In this document: one piece after another, positions 62,577-64,000 of the stretch | How positions within the stretch are numbered: position 1 is the stretch's first letter | Layout of the letters: each line of letters begins with the position of its first letter | Origin: Antedon mediterranea | Lineage: Eukaryota; Animalia; Echinodermata | Length of the DNA stretch: 64,000 bases | Assembly (NCBI RefSeq): GCF_964355755.1 | Contig: NC_092676.1 | Span: 21,036,871-21,100,870, forward strand | Direction: 5' to 3' | Position numbers and translations under genes: made by a program | Notes under the pieces: model-generated | Database searches by the model: none | The model's input: only the letters and a program-made list of their open reading frames with translations | Told to the model about the DNA's origin: nothing

Positions 62577-64000
62577 TTCTCTTAATTTTAACTTAAACTT
62601 GTTAGCCTGCTTGGATAGGTTTGCTATCGTTAATTTCACACTTTTTGACGAGACACTAGCAGTCTAGCGCGAAATGCAGCTCTCTGGACCAAAGTCGAAT
62701 TACATTTGGTTTTATAATAATACAATATTCAGCGCACACTCGATTAGCGCAGCTCATTTGCATACCAAAGGCTCTCTACCTCATATATCTAACAACCAAC
62801 CGTGAATATCATAATTGGACCGAAAATTCTTTTCATAATTGTTTTGTTTCTTTAGTTATTTTGTTACGGTTTCGTAGAGATTTAGTTGATTTAATGCAGA
62901 CTGTGGAAGCAGCTTGCTAAGTAAGAAGAAAGGGGAGGCTGAAAGAAAAACCCACCGTTGGCGTCGGCCCTATTGTTCTCCATTGTACCAGCCCACCGGC
63001 TGTGAAACGACTGGTCACGAAATCTATAATTTTTCTTCAAAAATGCGAAAACACCGATTTTTCGAAAGAGTGAACACGGCATTCTGTGAGCTATGACATT
63101 AGAGAAAAATACTGTCTAATTATGATAGTCCTAAAATAGGCCGTCACCATAACTTGTGATTATGATGAAATGTTTCTTAGTGATACATCTAAAGTTACAT
63201 ATATCTTTTTGTAAACTTTCATTTTGGTGCAAGAAAGGTCGTGTGCATGTTATATCTGCCTTTTTACATGCGCAATTGAACCTAACAGGTAACTGATACC
63301 TTTTAATTTTATAACCCTTCGCTAAATCCAAGATTCACCATGACTTAAACCAACCATCCGGTTACAATTGAATCATTTCAGTCATTACTCTAATAAAGAT
63401 CATGTTAATTTTGTTTGATGACTTTAGTAAATTTGATAAATCAACTTTATAATCTCCAGAAACTTTTCGCTTCATTTCAAGTTTGAAATTGTATAATAAT
63501 GGTATACTGTATACCTAAAACTTATTTGTTGTATCTCAGACAAGATCACAATGTAAAAAGGTATATTGAAATCATGAATAAATATAATTATATCAATTCA
63601 ATTCAATTTTTATTTCAGAAAATTGTCTATATGGTATAATACATTACACAAAAAAAAAAGATGAAGGAGAGAGGACCAAAACTTTTATCTATTGGTATAT
63701 AACGCCTCTCTCCATTTGTAGTACATGTTTGAATCAATCAACAAATATTTATATATACAAATTAACATTCTGTTTTCGCTTTTCATTATTCATTATATAA
63801 ATATATAATAATAAAATAGCTATACAATATTTTATTGCTTATTGTTTTGCTGAGGTCAATCTATACATACAGTATACAATTTAAAAAATTACTGTATGTT
63901 TCTTCGAAAAATGGAATGAAAAGTTTGCAATTGTGTAATTGGTTCCTTTTCCAATACTATATCGTACTGTATGTTCTTTTATCCTTAATTGGAGTTTAAT

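Noticed and set aside
62891-63331. Short ORFs upstream of Pax6
   Set aside because: No domain similarity or splice support; probably promoter or 5' non-coding sequence.

Overview
AT-rich animal genomic DNA with spliceosomal introns. Gene content and repeat style suggest an invertebrate deuterostome, possibly an echinoderm; this is an inference. From left to right: (1) a mosaic of direct and inverted duplications (1-4330, 12090-12720) around a full-length, very young BEL/Pao LTR retrotransposon (4687-11799, minus strand; apparently identical 491-bp LTRs, CGCGC TSD, one in-frame stop, no tRNA-type PBS). (2) A 7-exon receptor gene with signal peptide, TNFR cysteine-rich repeat, TM helix, ZU5, UPA-like region and death domain (13130-18013). 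(3) A 5S rRNA-derived copy. (4) An 11-exon Ldh_2-family dehydrogenase (20080-26275). (5) A calumenin/reticulocalbin gene (28414-32568, minus) with a duplicated, probably mutually exclusive EF-hand exon. (6) FBXO47 (34440-41717). (7) A complete Pax6 (45978-62576, minus). MITEs, SINE/LINE/Penelope fragments, a hammerhead-like motif and several 28-43 bp hairpin insertions with 7-bp flanking repeats are scattered throughout. Best leads: a possible tRNA-independent (self-priming, possibly splice-dependent) mechanism in the BEL element, the TNFR-ZU5-death-domain chimeric receptor, the calumenin exon pair, and the P-element-like footprints. All gene models and alignments were made by eye and have no transcript support.
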